The notes under the pieces are model-generated. The model searched no databases. It was not told the origin of the DNA and saw nothing but the letters and a program-made list of their open reading frames with translations. From Eledone cirrhosa (taxonomy: Eukaryota), in contig OZ024743.1 of NCBI GenBank assembly GCA_964016885.1, positions 342,798,001-342,862,000 on the forward strand: a stretch of 64,000 bases of DNA, read 5' to 3'. The position numbers and the translations under genes are program-made. Positions 44,171 to 57,290 of this stretch are shown piece by piece (the first letter of the stretch is position 1; each line of letters begins with the position of its first letter).

Positions 44171-44843
44171 GTTTATATGTGCGTATGTGTGTGTATTTCA
44201 AAAATGATAAGGGGAAATTAGATTTACACATTTAAAATAACTGTAAAACTAATGCAAATAATAAAAATCAAATTTTTTTTTTTGTAAAATAATGTTTTCT
44301 GTTTCTTTTCAGCTTCATTACAAAGCTATAATTAAAATATACAAGATTTAATAGATTATTTTATTGTATATAGTAGTGCATAATTAAGGTCAAGATGAAT
44401 ATTGCGGGGGTGGAAACGATTTGATAGCTCTATTAACCTGTTATGGAATGAAATGGATCTCAGTTGATTTCGAATAGGAATGTTCAAGCTGGTTGAATAG
44501 TCTGCTCATGAATTTAACGTGTAAGTGACTGAGCATTCCACAGATATGTTTGCTCTTAACGTAATTCTCGTGGATATTCAGCGTGACACAGGGCAGGCTT
44601 TTGTAATAGATGGTCTTCCAAACAATTTTTGTCAACCCATAGGTAGGTAGGAAACTATGGTAAATGAAACTTGCCTAAGATGCCATGTAGTGGGGTCGAA
44701 TCCGAGGCCGGATGGTTGCGAAGAGAACTTCGTTACCATTCAGCTATACTGCGATCCCGATAACCTGATAGATCAGCAGAATAACAACTACCTCTTGTAC
44801 GGTGACGCATGACAGATCTACCTTTTTTGAACCCTACCATAAA

Positions 44844-45034
44844 AATAATTGTTTCTACTTTTGGCACAAGGCCAGCAATTAACCCAGTGCATTACTGGTA
44901 CTTTATTTTATCGACCCCCGTAAGGATGAAAGGCAAAGTTAATCTCAGCGGGATTTGAACTCACACCATAAAGGGACGTAACTCAATGCTGCAAAGCATG
45001 GCGTCCGACCCTCTACCAATACAGCCAATCCACC
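44844..45034 (-). mobile_element. tRNA-derived SINE
   Basis: Full-length reverse copy. Confidence 0.85.
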
Positions 45035-45036
45035 GC

Positions 45037-46060
45037 CCTGAAAACTTATCATATATTAGCTATCAATCTAACCATCCTGAATCTATAACTAATTCTTTAA
45101 TTGGAAATGTACCACTTAGGATATCCCGTCTATCATCTTCTCTAGAAATATTTAAGGAGCACGCCAAGTATTATAACAATGAATTACAAAAGGCAAGACA
45201 TATGAGTGAGCTAAGATACATAAGCGAAAGCGAAATATGTAGATTTGATACGCTTCACCGTACGAGAGGTAACCCATATTCTAGAAATAATTCTAAATGC
45301 ACTTATCCCAAGCAAAATACCAATAATAATAATAAACAAGAGGTAATATTTCTCTTAATCTCCAAGAAGGATCCCTACATAATAACATCTCAAGAGAAAC
45401 TAGAAACAAAACATACATTTGGTATAATCTAATATACAACACACTAATTAAGTCTGAACTACCCTTCATATTCTTTAACCAAATCTACAAACATTTCCCA
45501 CAGTCATACAAATATCAAAAGATATTAAACAGAAATACCATTAGGTTATCTTATTCGACCTCGATGAATCTGGATGGTTATATAAATAAGTTAAACAAGG
45601 AACGCTTAAGCACCTATGATATTAAACAAAATTCTAATGTTGATAAAAAAACCCATAAGATGTTTTAAACCAGTGAAAGTAAATAAACTCAAAACAGTAA
45701 GTACTAAAAATAGAAAATTTAATCTATTATAACCTAATTTAATAACTACCACATCTAATAGTAACAATAATAATAGTGAACCATCCCATAAAAAAGAGCT
45801 AAACTGTAATTGCCCGCGGCCCGAAAAATGCCCCATACAAAATATGTGTGTGTCCAGTAATATAGTGTGCCATTGTGAGATTAGTGTAAACAAACAAAAA
45901 ATAAAATATATAGGAGCTACTTCAAATGACATTAAGAAGAGATGTTATGTTCACACACATTCTTTCAAAAATTATGAACTTAAAAATTCTACCACTTTAG
46001 CCAACAAAATATGGAAACTGGATGGGAATGGAACTAAATATGACTGCCTCTACCTAAAAT
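45037..46060 (+). mobile_element. Degenerate PLE fragment (RT thumb to GIY-YIG)
   Basis: LSYISYQSNHP...RISRLSS...YYNNEL; CNCPRPEKCPIQNMC...IVCHCEI...YIGATSNDIKKRCYVHTHSF...STTLA. Confidence 0.88.
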
Positions 46061-46173
46061 GTAGACAAAGAGACAAAGACATAACATTAAACCAAACAAC
46101 TTTTCAATGTCGCATCATATCCCTCCGATTAGAGCTACTCGCCACCAAAGGTAGAAGTCCATCCAGAGAATAA

Positions 46174-47426
46174 AGCTGTATACATGAACCAGTTAACATC
46201 ATAAGAGTTGGAAAGAGCTTTTTGAGAAATACTCACTGCATGATATTCAAACACTCACAGCTAGGGAAGTTGTACAGAAATACCGCAACAAATCCATTGA
46301 TGAAAAGCTGCAGGCTTATCACCAAAAAATCATGCTCGGCTATGTTGCCAAAAGGCTTTGAAGTGAGAGTAATATAGATAACCAACGTACTTTTTCTTAG
46401 ACCAACAACCGGTATATTAGTTCTCACTTTGAATGATATGCTTTTGCAATCCAGGACTAGGAAATAATTGTTTCTACTTTTGACTCAAGGCCAGCAATTA
46501 TCCCAGTGCATTACTGGTACTTTATTTTATCTATCCGGTAAGGATAAAAGGCAAAGTTAACCTCGGCGGGATTTGAACTCAAACCATAAAGGGCCGTAAC
46601 TCTATACTGCCAATATCGAAATACTTGATGCACAAAAGAGATAGGGGTGCAGGCAAAACACTTGAGTGTGACAACAGATGCAGACTCTGTGGAGTAAACA
46701 TCGAAGAATCTGCAGACATTTCACCCTAATTATACTTTTAGATTTGTACCTATGATCTTTGGGACACTTAGATACGTTACTAACTGCCCCGGTACAAATC
46801 TTGAGAAGCTGGGCTTCACATAATTAGAAAGAACACGGCGAGTTAGAAAGTTACTGTAAAAATATGTAAAGCATTTCAAAAATTTAGCATGTAATAACCG
46901 CATATACACATCATAGGCGCTGAGCTGGCCAGCCGTAGGTGTGAATCTTGTGAAATGGAATGGCTCTTCCACCGCATCTCCCTTACCATCCTCCGGGGAA
47001 ACGCCTTCTCCATTCTGTCCTCCACCGGGACTGTGAGGCAGCCAGCACGAGGGACCCCATCTGCTCATAATACAGAGAGAGGGGGAGGGCGAGAGAGATA
47101 GAGACGATGACAGTGGGAGTTCGGCTCTTCCGTGTGCCAGATTATTATAGAACTTTAAATATATGTGGCCATTTGTTGTAGGAGGTAGAGAATATAGATA
47201 TCTGTTGAATCCCCAGAAGTAATCCCACCCTCTCCATACATGTATAGCTATAGAAACATATGCACGTGTACACATATAACTCAAATCATACAGATGCCAT
47301 ATGCAATAATATCTATAGCTGCACACACGCTCAAACAACCATTTAGAGGAGACAAGCATACTTATTTACCGAGTTGATATCTAATTTCCAATGAAAGGGT
47401 AAATAAAATAATAAAACCAGAAGTCC
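46174..47426 (+). mobile_element. Older R4/Dong-like RLE retrotransposon 3' fragment, interrupted by a SINE and an unknown insert
   Basis: Colinear homology to 47627-48678 (CDNRCRLC..., HPNYTFRF.PMIFG); ends 'taaaaccagaag' before (ATAC)n. Confidence 0.8.
46463..46613 (-). mobile_element. tRNA-derived SINE nested in RLE element
   Basis: Reverse SINE core; host sequence resumes after it. Confidence 0.85.
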
Positions 47427-47626
47427 ATACATACATACATACATACATACATGCATACATACATACATGCATACATACATACATACATACATACATACAT
47501 ACATACATGCATACATACATACATACGTGCATACATACATACATACATACATACATACATACATACATACATACATACATACATACATACATACATACAT
47601 ACATACATACATACATACATACATAC

Positions 47627-48678
47627 AAACTGCATGCTTATCAGCAAAAAATCATGCATGGATATGTTGCCAGGAAGCTCCAGAGTGAGAGTAATATAGA
47701 TAAGGAAGTCTATCTTAGACCAACAACCGCTTTATTAGCTCCCACTTTGAAGGATACGCTTTTACAATCCAAGAACAGGGAATTAACACGAAATACCTGA
47801 TTCACAAAGGAGATAGGGATGCAGGCAAAACACCTAGATGTGATAACAAGTGCAGACTCTGCAGAACTAACATCGAGGATATCACCCATGTCATCAGCAG
47901 CTGTCCAAAGATGTCATCGCGGTACTATCTACCTATGAGGCATGATGTAGTGGCCAAAACACTGTACAATGCAATCCGTAAAAAAGATAGCCCCGATAAT
48001 AAACACATCAAAAGCTACAGCAATGTGGAAGACATCCATGTACATAATATGAAAGAGTACTGGTGGAATGTTCCAGTAAAAACCCCAATAAAATGCAGGC
48101 ATAACAGACCAGATATTATGATATGGTACAGGGAGAAGAAAGCATGCACAGTAGTGGAAGTTAGCTGCCCAGCAGATGCCAATATAATATCAAAGATTAG
48201 CGAAAAGGAGAATATTTATTCAGAACTGATGAGAAATCTGCAGATACTCCACCCTAATTACACCTTCAGATTTATGCCTGTGATTTTTGGGGCACTGGGG
48301 TATGTTAGTAACTGCCTCAATACAAATCTTGAGAAGCTAGGCTTCACAGGAACAGTAAGAACACAACTAGTTAGGAAATTACAAGTTCAATCCATTAATA
48401 GAACAGTAAAAATACGTAAAATATTCCAAATATTTTGCATCTAATAACTGCATATACACATATACAGATACTAAGCATATACACATGCACACATACAACT
48501 CAAAACATACACATCCACACATATAATAACATCCATATCTACACATGCATGCATGCAGACATACATATATATCTACCTAGTTGATGTTGCGTAAATTCCA
48601 ATGAGAGTTTTGTGTCTAAGTTAGAAACCGACTCTCTGTCTATTGGCAAAAATTTGTGAAATTATAAAACCAGAAGAA
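47627..48678 (+). mobile_element. R4/Dong-like non-LTR retrotransposon 3' end (CCHC + restriction-like endonuclease)
   Basis: CRLCRTNIEDITHVISSC, RHDVV, RHNRPDIMI...VVEVSCP, K..IYSEL, PVIFGALG; flanked by (ATAC)n on both sides. Confidence 0.9.
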
Positions 48679-48837
48679 CATACATACATATATATACATA
48701 CACTTACATACATACATACACACGTACCCACGTACATACATACATGCATACACACATACATACATACATACATACATACATACATACATACATACATACA
48801 TACATACATACATACATACATACATACATACATACAT

Positions 48838-49425
48838 ACATGGTGGCTGCCAACTCGTTTTCGAGTACGGCCACTACTTTATATCTATGTAGGAGAACCC
48901 CTACTGATGCGCTGAACGAGTGTGACTTTTTAGTCCAGCCAGCAACTTGAAAACTCTGGTACAAACACTACACTTGTGACAATTACTGACACATAGTGCT
49001 GGGCCCTTGGTACCATGTGACGACAAGTGCAGAGAGATCTCCAGATATAAAGCAATGCCTGTGCCGTGAAGCTTTTATAGTGAACAAAGGCACTGCACAA
49101 AGCCAGTCCCACTCTCTTAACCAAGATTATATTTACCAAAAAGAAGAACGAGCCAACATCATTGGATACCATCAGAGTTGCAGGTGTTATATCAGAGTTT
49201 TCCTTCTCCTAGAATTCTGCCTTGACAAAGGCTAAGGGGTCATCTCTCCCGGTGATTTTGGATGGCCATTGACTCTTAAGAGCTCCTTTGCCTTTGACAG
49301 GTTTTGTTTTTAGTCGTGCAGGATGTCCAAAGTCACCCTCCTCACCAAGAAACCTTGGTGGGGTTGCCAGTTTAGTCGCCAACGACCCGACCATGGGACA
49401 GGTTGTACTGGAATACATGTTACCA
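48838..49425 (-). mobile_element. RTE-derived non-autonomous element, tandem copy 1
   Basis: Highly similar to 49547-50155; 3' end in (TATG)n. Confidence 0.7.
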
Positions 49426-49546
49426 TACATACATACATACATACATACACACATACATACATACATACATACATAGATACATACATACATACACACATAC
49501 ACATGTACATATATACATATATACATATATACATACATACATACAT

Positions 49547-50155
49547 ACATGGTGGCTGCCAACTCGTTTTCGAGTACGGCCACTACTTCATATCCATGTA
49601 GGAGAACCCCTACTGATGCGCTGAACGAGTGTGACTTTTAGTCCAGCCAGCGACTTGAAAACTCTGGTACAAACACTGCACTTGTGACAATTATTGACAC
49701 ATATTGCTGGGCCCATGGTACCATGTGACGACAAGTGCAGAGAGATCTCCAGATATAAAGCAATGCCTGTGCCGTGAAGCTTTTATAGTGAGCAAAGGCA
49801 CTGCACAAAGCCAGTCCCACTCTCTTAACCAAGATGATATTTACCAAAAAGAAGAACAAGTCAACATCATTGGATACCATCAGGGTTGCAGGTGTTATAT
49901 CAGAGTTTTCCTTCTCCTAGAATTCTGCCTTGACAAGGCTAAGGGGTCATCTCTCCCGGTGATTTTGGATGGCCATTTACTCTTAAGAGCTCCTTTGCCC
50001 TTTGACAGGTTTTGTTTTTAGTCCTGCAGGATGTCCAAAGTCACCCTCCTCACCAAGAAACCTTGGTGGGGTTGCAAGTTTAGTCGCCAATGACCCGACC
50101 ATGAGACAGGTTGTACTGGGATACATGTTACCAGTAGCACCAACTGGTGACCTGA
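49547..50155 (-). mobile_element. RTE-derived non-autonomous element, tandem copy 2
   Basis: About 709-bp period with copy 1; both ends in (ATAC)n. Confidence 0.7.
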
Positions 50156-50659
50156 CATACATACATACATACATACATACATACATACATACATACATAC
50201 ATACATACATACATACATACATACATACATGCATACATACACACATACATACGTACATACGTACGTACATACATACATATAATCTATACTGCGAAAATAG
50301 ATATTATAAGAATATCAGGAGGATAGATAAGACTGTTTTTAATGAAAAAATTGTTTATGTAATGGTATGAATCAGACTGAACTTTGCTGTCAGTGAAAAA
50401 ACAATACAGAGATAGAGCTATGGAGATAATGTTTAGCTACCCTTGCACATAAAATATACAGGACACAATATCAGAAGAAAATATATCAGAGGGAAATGCA
50501 ACATTTCATTTTCAAATAAATATAGAAGCACGAGGCAAATGTTGGAGTCTCTCCGTAATAGCTCAGCCTGCTAGAGTTAGCAGCTACTTCACCCTTAAGT
50601 CATACAATGTCACCTTGAAAAAAAGAAGGTATTGGATAATATAACAGGTATAGCTGTGA

Positions 50660-50970
50660 AAGTGCATGGCTTAGTGGTTAGACCATTGGGCTTGCAATTG
50701 AGAGGTTGTGAGTTCGATTCTCGAACCGGGTGATGCGTTGTGTCCTTGAGCAAGACACTTTATTTCACGTTGCTCCAGTTTACTCAGCTGTAGAACTGAG
50801 TTGCGACGTCACTGGTGCCAAGCTGTATCGGTCATTGCCTTTCCCTTGGACAATATCGGTGGTTGGGAGAGGGGAGACTGGTACGCAAGGGAGACTACTG
50901 GTCTTCCACAAAACAAACCTTGCACTTTCTAAGTGCAAAACCATGGCCATTCGTGACCGAGTGGGGCCTT
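50660..50970 (+). mobile_element. Second tRNA-derived SINE family (CORE-like body)
   Basis: tRNA-like head 'tggcttagtggttaga...gagttcgattctc' then 'tgtgtccttgagcaagacactt'. Confidence 0.75.
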
Positions 50971-51025
50971 AAAAAAAAATAGCTGCGTCGTTCTGTGCTC
51001 GGCTCCACTGCTCCGTACATTGTAC

Positions 51026-51076
51026 ATTAGCAGGGTTAAGTTAGATTGGTAAATACCTTGGTACTAGCCCTTTATA

Positions 51077-51131
<55 letters not shown>

Positions 51132-51170
51132 GGCTAGTACCAAGATATTTACCAATCTAACTTAACCCTG

Positions 51171-51175
<5 letters not shown>
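51026..51175. repeat. ~48-bp inverted repeat around (TA)n
   Basis: attagcagggttaagttagattggtaaataccttggtactagccctt...aagggctagtaccaagatatttaccaatctaacttaaccctgctaat. Confidence 0.9.
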
Positions 51176-51222
<47 letters not shown>

Positions 51223-52230
51223 GATATCCACGGTAAGTTGTGGGGTCTAGTCTGCATGAAGAACTCAATGTAATCCATATGTTGAAAATGTTGTAGGTTA
51301 AAATAAATCCCGGAAAACAATAAAACATTAAAAGGAAAACAGAGTCATGATATCAGTTAAAACAATGAAATAAAAATTCAAGTCATTAGAAATATACTTC
51401 ACTGCTTTACGATCGTTTCTAGGTGATGATAATACATCGTAACCATACTTCGTTATCGACCTATGTAAGGTTAGTTACAAAATATCAGATAAGGAAAATA
51501 TTTACTTACATGTATATCACCAGCTGTTGTCAAAATGAGAATTTTATTCAAAATTAGTAGTAAATTGAGTTCTATAACCTTATTTGGAGGTAGCTGAAGA
51601 ACAAACCAATCAGATTGTTGTTTTCCCCATATGATGTTAAGATGAAAAATAACTCACTTTAGTTTAGGTCATGACTCTTTGAAAGGAATGGTTGAATGGT
51701 GTTAACAATAGAATTGCTATAAAGAATCTATGAGGAAAAAGGGGATTGTCATATTGATAGTTGAATGTATATGGTATAGTGAAGTTTAAAAGGAATGTAA
51801 AAATTAAATGTTGAGTTGTGTTGTATGGAGTTTTTAGGTGAATATAAATTATGGTAATGACCAGGAAAGATAGCATATTAAAAGATGAAAATTATAAAAT
51901 AATGAAATACAGTAATACAATAATATAATATAATGTAACACAATATAGTACGGTGTGGTTCATTGTACATAGTATAATACAGCGTATGATACGACTTAAA
52001 ATACTTTCAAGTATGTCCATGTATAAATAATCAAACTCAGATAAATGCATGTTGACATAGTCAAAACGCATAAATTTCATAGATCACAAAGTGCATATAC
52101 CCACATTATAGATAGAGGTATAGTTATATTGATACTCAATTAAAAACATATATACGCATAAGTAGATGTAAACATATAGATACATCTACATATGTGCACA
52201 CAATTATATATATATATATATATATACATA

Positions 52231-52615
52231 TTATGAAAGTAAAACAAAGAAGCCTTCAATACATCAAAAGTCTTTATTAGCCAACAATGTTTCGTCCTAT
52301 TAAGGACTCATCAGGGCAATTAAAACAACAAGAAGTATTATCGGCCAATACTTTAGTGTATGTACACTCCATATTCTTCGGAGTTTTCGGCTTGTATTGG
52401 CCGATAATACTTCTTGTTGTTTTAATTGCCCTGATGAGTCCTTAATAGGACGAAACATTGTTGGCTAATAAAGACTTTTGATGTATTGAAGGCTTCTTTG
52501 TTTTACTTTCATAATTCTTCGGCTCTGTTTAATTACATTGAGCTATACCTTTTACTGTCATTTCTATAATACGAAGAGGGTGTTTAACTCCAACACGCTC
52601 CAGTATTTTAATCCT
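52231..52615 (+). mobile_element. Fold-back pLTR element with perfect ~121-bp arms and 3' tail
   Basis: 52231-52351 is the exact reverse complement of 52394-52514; a ~100-nt tail runs into (TA)n. Confidence 0.9.
52428..52465 (+). ncRNA. Type I minimal hammerhead ribozyme (mirror 52280-52317)
   Basis: gcc-CTGATGA-gtcc ttaata ggac-GAA-ac att gt-T-ggc, followed by AATAAA. Confidence 0.9.
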
Positions 52616-53122
52616 TATATATATACATATACATATACACACCTATACAGACATATATATATATGTATACACACATACATGTACACACACACACATAAGC
52701 ACTCATACACATATACACACATATACATATATATACACATATATATATATATTCTCATATCATACATACATAGATACATATTTACTCATGCAATTACGGG
52801 TGGTTGTGTACCTTGATGCCCTTAGTCATTAACGTATAAATCTAAGGGAGCTAAAAAATTAAAAGGTAAGAAATAAGCATGAATGCGTATAATTAGGGGA
52901 AAGGGATACTAACAAATGTTACGCTACATAGAATTATAGGGAGTTGCTATTTAGAATATTTAATTAGGTTTATAGTATTTAAATGTTTTTCGTATACGGT
53001 GATTACAAACTATAATCAGTTCCTGTCTTTTATTCAGAGTTATGCTGGCAAGCGCTCTATAGTTAAAAAACCAGAGCTAAACATATATGTTGAAACGCCA
53101 TACAAACTGAAAAAGTGGTCAA

Positions 53123-53234
<112 letters not shown>

Positions 53235-53329
53235 AAAAAGTACCGACAGAATTCATATTTTTATAATTGTGACATTAAATGGTTTTAAATTTTGTCAAAT
53301 ATTACTTACTGGTTTGTCAATCTTATCAA

Positions 53330-54320
53330 ATATTTAAAACGTTTGTTCTCATATTCTGTAGGCCGTTAGGTGCTGAGGGGTAGGTTGTTGAGGTAGTTGG
53401 GGGCGTATGGGGCGTTAACGTCCGGGGTTTGGAGCAGAGGTAGGATTCCTGTATCCGGTGTTTGTATTTGATCACTAGTTCGGGGTTTTTTATGGTGAAT
53501 GGACACTTTTCAAAAAAAATCCGCCGAGCATAAGTTACAAGGGCCGCCCACTCCCTTTCGCGGAGGCTCCAATCAAAGCTAGAGAGGCTTTTAGTATGCT
53601 TCTTGTTCTGGTGTCGGAAAGAATGGGTATGGTGCTTAAAGCAAGATTTGAAGCTATTAGCTATCTTCCCGATGCACGCCTTCCGCTGCCATTTGATGTG
53701 ATATCGCACCTGTATACTTCGTTCGTAGTGAGGTATTGAGATTGTCCAAGAGACATTCATATTGGTAGCGACAATTACAGTTTGACACTGTGGTTGCGTT
53801 GTTCGATTCGTCAGGTCTCCGGATGTTGTGTTTTGACCTGTTTGAGATGGTGATACTCTGGCGATGTTTAGTGTAGTAGAGTATCGCAGTTTCACTGTTA
53901 AACATTCTTGTTAAACATTTAGTGGTATCGGTGTTAGGGTAGGAAATGTCGCTGGATTATTCCGAAGAACAATATGGCAAGTGTTGTCGTTACTTCAACA
54001 TTTTAGGTGGTTATATCATGTGACCCTAGGCTTCAGGTTCCTTCGGCGATTGGGTACCTCTTGGGGTTCGACGAATTCAATCTTTTGCTGAAATCCACTT
54101 CGTCGGAGGGCCTCGTTGTAGTAAAGCTCGTGCTCTCGTAAAATTTGCTCATTTGCAAACAACCAAGATATGTGGATGACCATACTTTTTTATGTTTTTA
54201 ATGATAGACAATGGGTGGTTGGAAGTTTTATTAATGTATAATAGTCTCGTTTGGCTTCCTGTATGGGTAGTTTAGCCAATTTTCAAGGTACATGGTAACG
54301 TCCAGAAAGTCGACTGAGTG
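53330..54320 (-). mobile_element. Degenerate PLE fragment
   Basis: VDFLDVT...YINKTSNHP; CIGKIANSFKSCFKHHTHSFRHQNKKHTKSLSSF.W. Confidence 0.85.
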
Positions 54321-55015
54321 CAGATGATGTGTTTGAATAAGATGTCACACCATATGACAAAGCTGAATTTACAGGTATAATCGACACAGTTCCCGTCAAC
54401 CCAATTTTACTCACAAATATTTTAACCCACGCGAAGCTTTGGGAAAAGCCGCAGTGCACAAGTTACTAGTGAGACCGAACACGTGAGTTTATGATTGAGA
54501 AGCAAAGCTTTTAAAGTACTCGACCTTGCCTCTAATCTTTATGTATATGTAGGCTCACGTATACATTAACATTTTATATCTACATCCGGAAGCAGTAATT
54601 TTAGTAATATTTATATTACTTAATACAATTTAAAATATTGAGAACTACATCTAAGTAAATATGCGATGGAACATTTTCCTATTAAGAAGATATAACCGTA
54701 CATTCCTCTCTAGTCTTTATATTTCCTAAAGCATATATTGAAAGAAACTACCTTTTCATATTATTAATTGGACCGCCTACAGAAATTAATGTCTTATTTA
54801 TTGATAAATAATTATCAAGATATTTCATAGAATTTTACAAGATCCGGAAATTCTCGAAATATAATATCAATATAATCTATTAGCTCTTGGGTTTCACAAA
54901 ATGGATAGTAGAATATAATAGAGGCAGAATGTGTAGGTCATGATATATATATATATAAAGAGAGAGAGAGAGGGGGGGGAATATATATGTATATATGCAT
55001 ATATAGATATGTGTG

Positions 55016-55063
<48 letters not shown>

Positions 55064-55295
55064 AGTGTATGGATATATATATATATATACGTGTGTGTAT
55101 GTACGCGTGAACAGTAAACGGAAACAACAAATCAAACAGCACAAAAATTCTATACATGGGCCTATGACAAAATACAGTATCCATACAAAATATCACACAT
55201 GTGCAACAAAGTTCAAATTCCAACTAATATTAATTACATTTACTACTATATATGGCACACAGCCTACTATTCTAAAGACTTTATTGCCATGCTAA

Positions 55296-55372
<77 letters not shown>

Positions 55373-55627
55373 CAGCGAGATCGTATTTCGGCGGGGGCCA
55401 AAAACAAAACGAAACGCAATCTTCGAGATATGCGGCAAGCGCTCAATGGACTAAAAGAAGACCAGAGCAATTAACATACGTTATAAAGGCCAGAAAAATG
55501 AAAACAGTGGTCGTGAAGCCATCAGCCACCGGAGCCAATAAAACGAAGCAAGCTAAACAGGTTAACAAAAAATAATATATATATATATAATGTAAATGAG
55601 TTTTTCGAAACAGAACGACAAACATTA

Positions 55628-55745
55628 TTGAGTTCAAATCCCGCCGAGGTTGACTTTGCCTTTCATCCTTACGGGGTCGATAAAATAAAGTACCAGTAAT
55701 GCACTGGGTAATTGCTGGCCTTGTGCCTAAAGTAGAAACAATTAT
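55628..55745 (+). mobile_element. 5'-truncated tRNA-derived SINE
   Basis: B-box, core and 3' end. Confidence 0.85.
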
Positions 55746-55747
55746 TG

Positions 55748-56235
55748 TTTCTGGGTGATTACCCTTCATCAATACAGTATACTGTTTACTTGCCAACTGT
55801 CAGAGCTAGTGAAGATATATGATATTTTCTGGAATATACAGTGACTGATCAGCTTGATTTGCATATTAGCAGACTGCCTGATCAGTCAGTTCTGCATATT
55901 AGCAAACCCACTGATCAGCCAGATTTGCATATCAGCAGATAGGCCCTCCAGTTTTCTGTATACAAGCGATTAATGGCCGGCTTTGACATAATAGCAAACG
56001 AATTGCAAACGAATCGGATATTATTATTAACTCAGATTTTCTTGTATTCAGTCATGTAGAACGATAAAACTATTTGTTAGTTATTTGAGTATGGCAAAGC
56101 CGGCCATTAATCGCTCGTATAAAGCTGACTATATATTCTAGAAAATATATATTTTCACTAGCTCTGACAGTTGGCAAGTAAACAGTATACGGTACTGATG
56201 AAGCGTAATCACCCAGAAACATTAGTGTATGCTGT
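55748..56235. mobile_element. Fold-back element with HHR-like motif (56189-56235, plus)
   Basis: Arms about 55748-55850 / 56125-56220. acggta-CTGATGA-a gcgt aatc accc a-GAA-ac attagt gt-A-tgctgt. Confidence 0.65.
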
Positions 56236-57155
56236 TCTACTTTTGTGCCAACACAAGAGCAAGAATGATGGAGTCATTCTACTGACATGGCTTAAGAGGC
56301 TGTTTGCATAATTGCAAACGAATCGAATATTATTTTTAAATTGATATTCGAAAAACTCAGCTTTACATTCCTTGTTTTCAGCCATGTAGAGCGATAAAAC
56401 CATTTGTATATATATATATATGGTAAGCGAACTACATAAGAATTTATGCAAAAGTAGTTGTATTTATATTTACGTTTACAGCCTATGAGTGTGTGCGTGT
56501 GTGGAGGCCGGTGTCCGCATTTTCTCCCGCCTATACTATAGTTTATGGGTGATAAAACTACAAGATTGGCGCAATCTGCTGCCTATAAGAAACGTCACGA
56601 ATTCAAAGTCCTGGTCTAAGCCAAAAAAAACAACATAGCGCACTAAAAATACTCAGATATAATGAAAGATGAAAAGATCGTAAAAAAAACATTTGTACAT
56701 CATTACATTATTGTAATAACACTTGTGTAACACGATCGCCACTCTCTAAGTCTCAGTGATTATTATCTGGTAATATACCTAAGCAAAATGACCAGTAATA
56801 TTATAAACAAAAGAGTTCACTTTGGAGTTCACTTTAGAAGAATGCCGAGACAAAAGCTCAAGGTCTTTCACTCCCAGTGGACTTATTACGCGCGTTCGCA
56901 CCAACCAGGCGAATTTCGGACTTCCCGCACACATATGGATTGCTATAACTATGACAAAGGAAACTCATCCATCCCAGTTTTAAAATCAGTGTGATCCTTC
57001 TCCTAAACAGACTACCACCCAAAGATGACGTGATGTGTCTAGCAGAAGCAACAAGTTTTATGGCATAAGTAATTCACCGTTGCATCTTCTTGTCAGTTCG
57101 AAACAAAAGCTGGGCTTTAGTTATTAGAGGCTGTATGAGATGAAAGCCGTTTGAG

Positions 57156-57290
<135 letters not shown>

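Noticed and set aside
46730-47359. 209-aa minus-strand ORF
   Set aside because: Antisense to a retrotransposon remnant plus an insertion; no protein motif.
50660-50735. tRNA gene
   Set aside because: The tRNA-like head continues into a SINE body; acceptor stem and anticodon arm are not intact.
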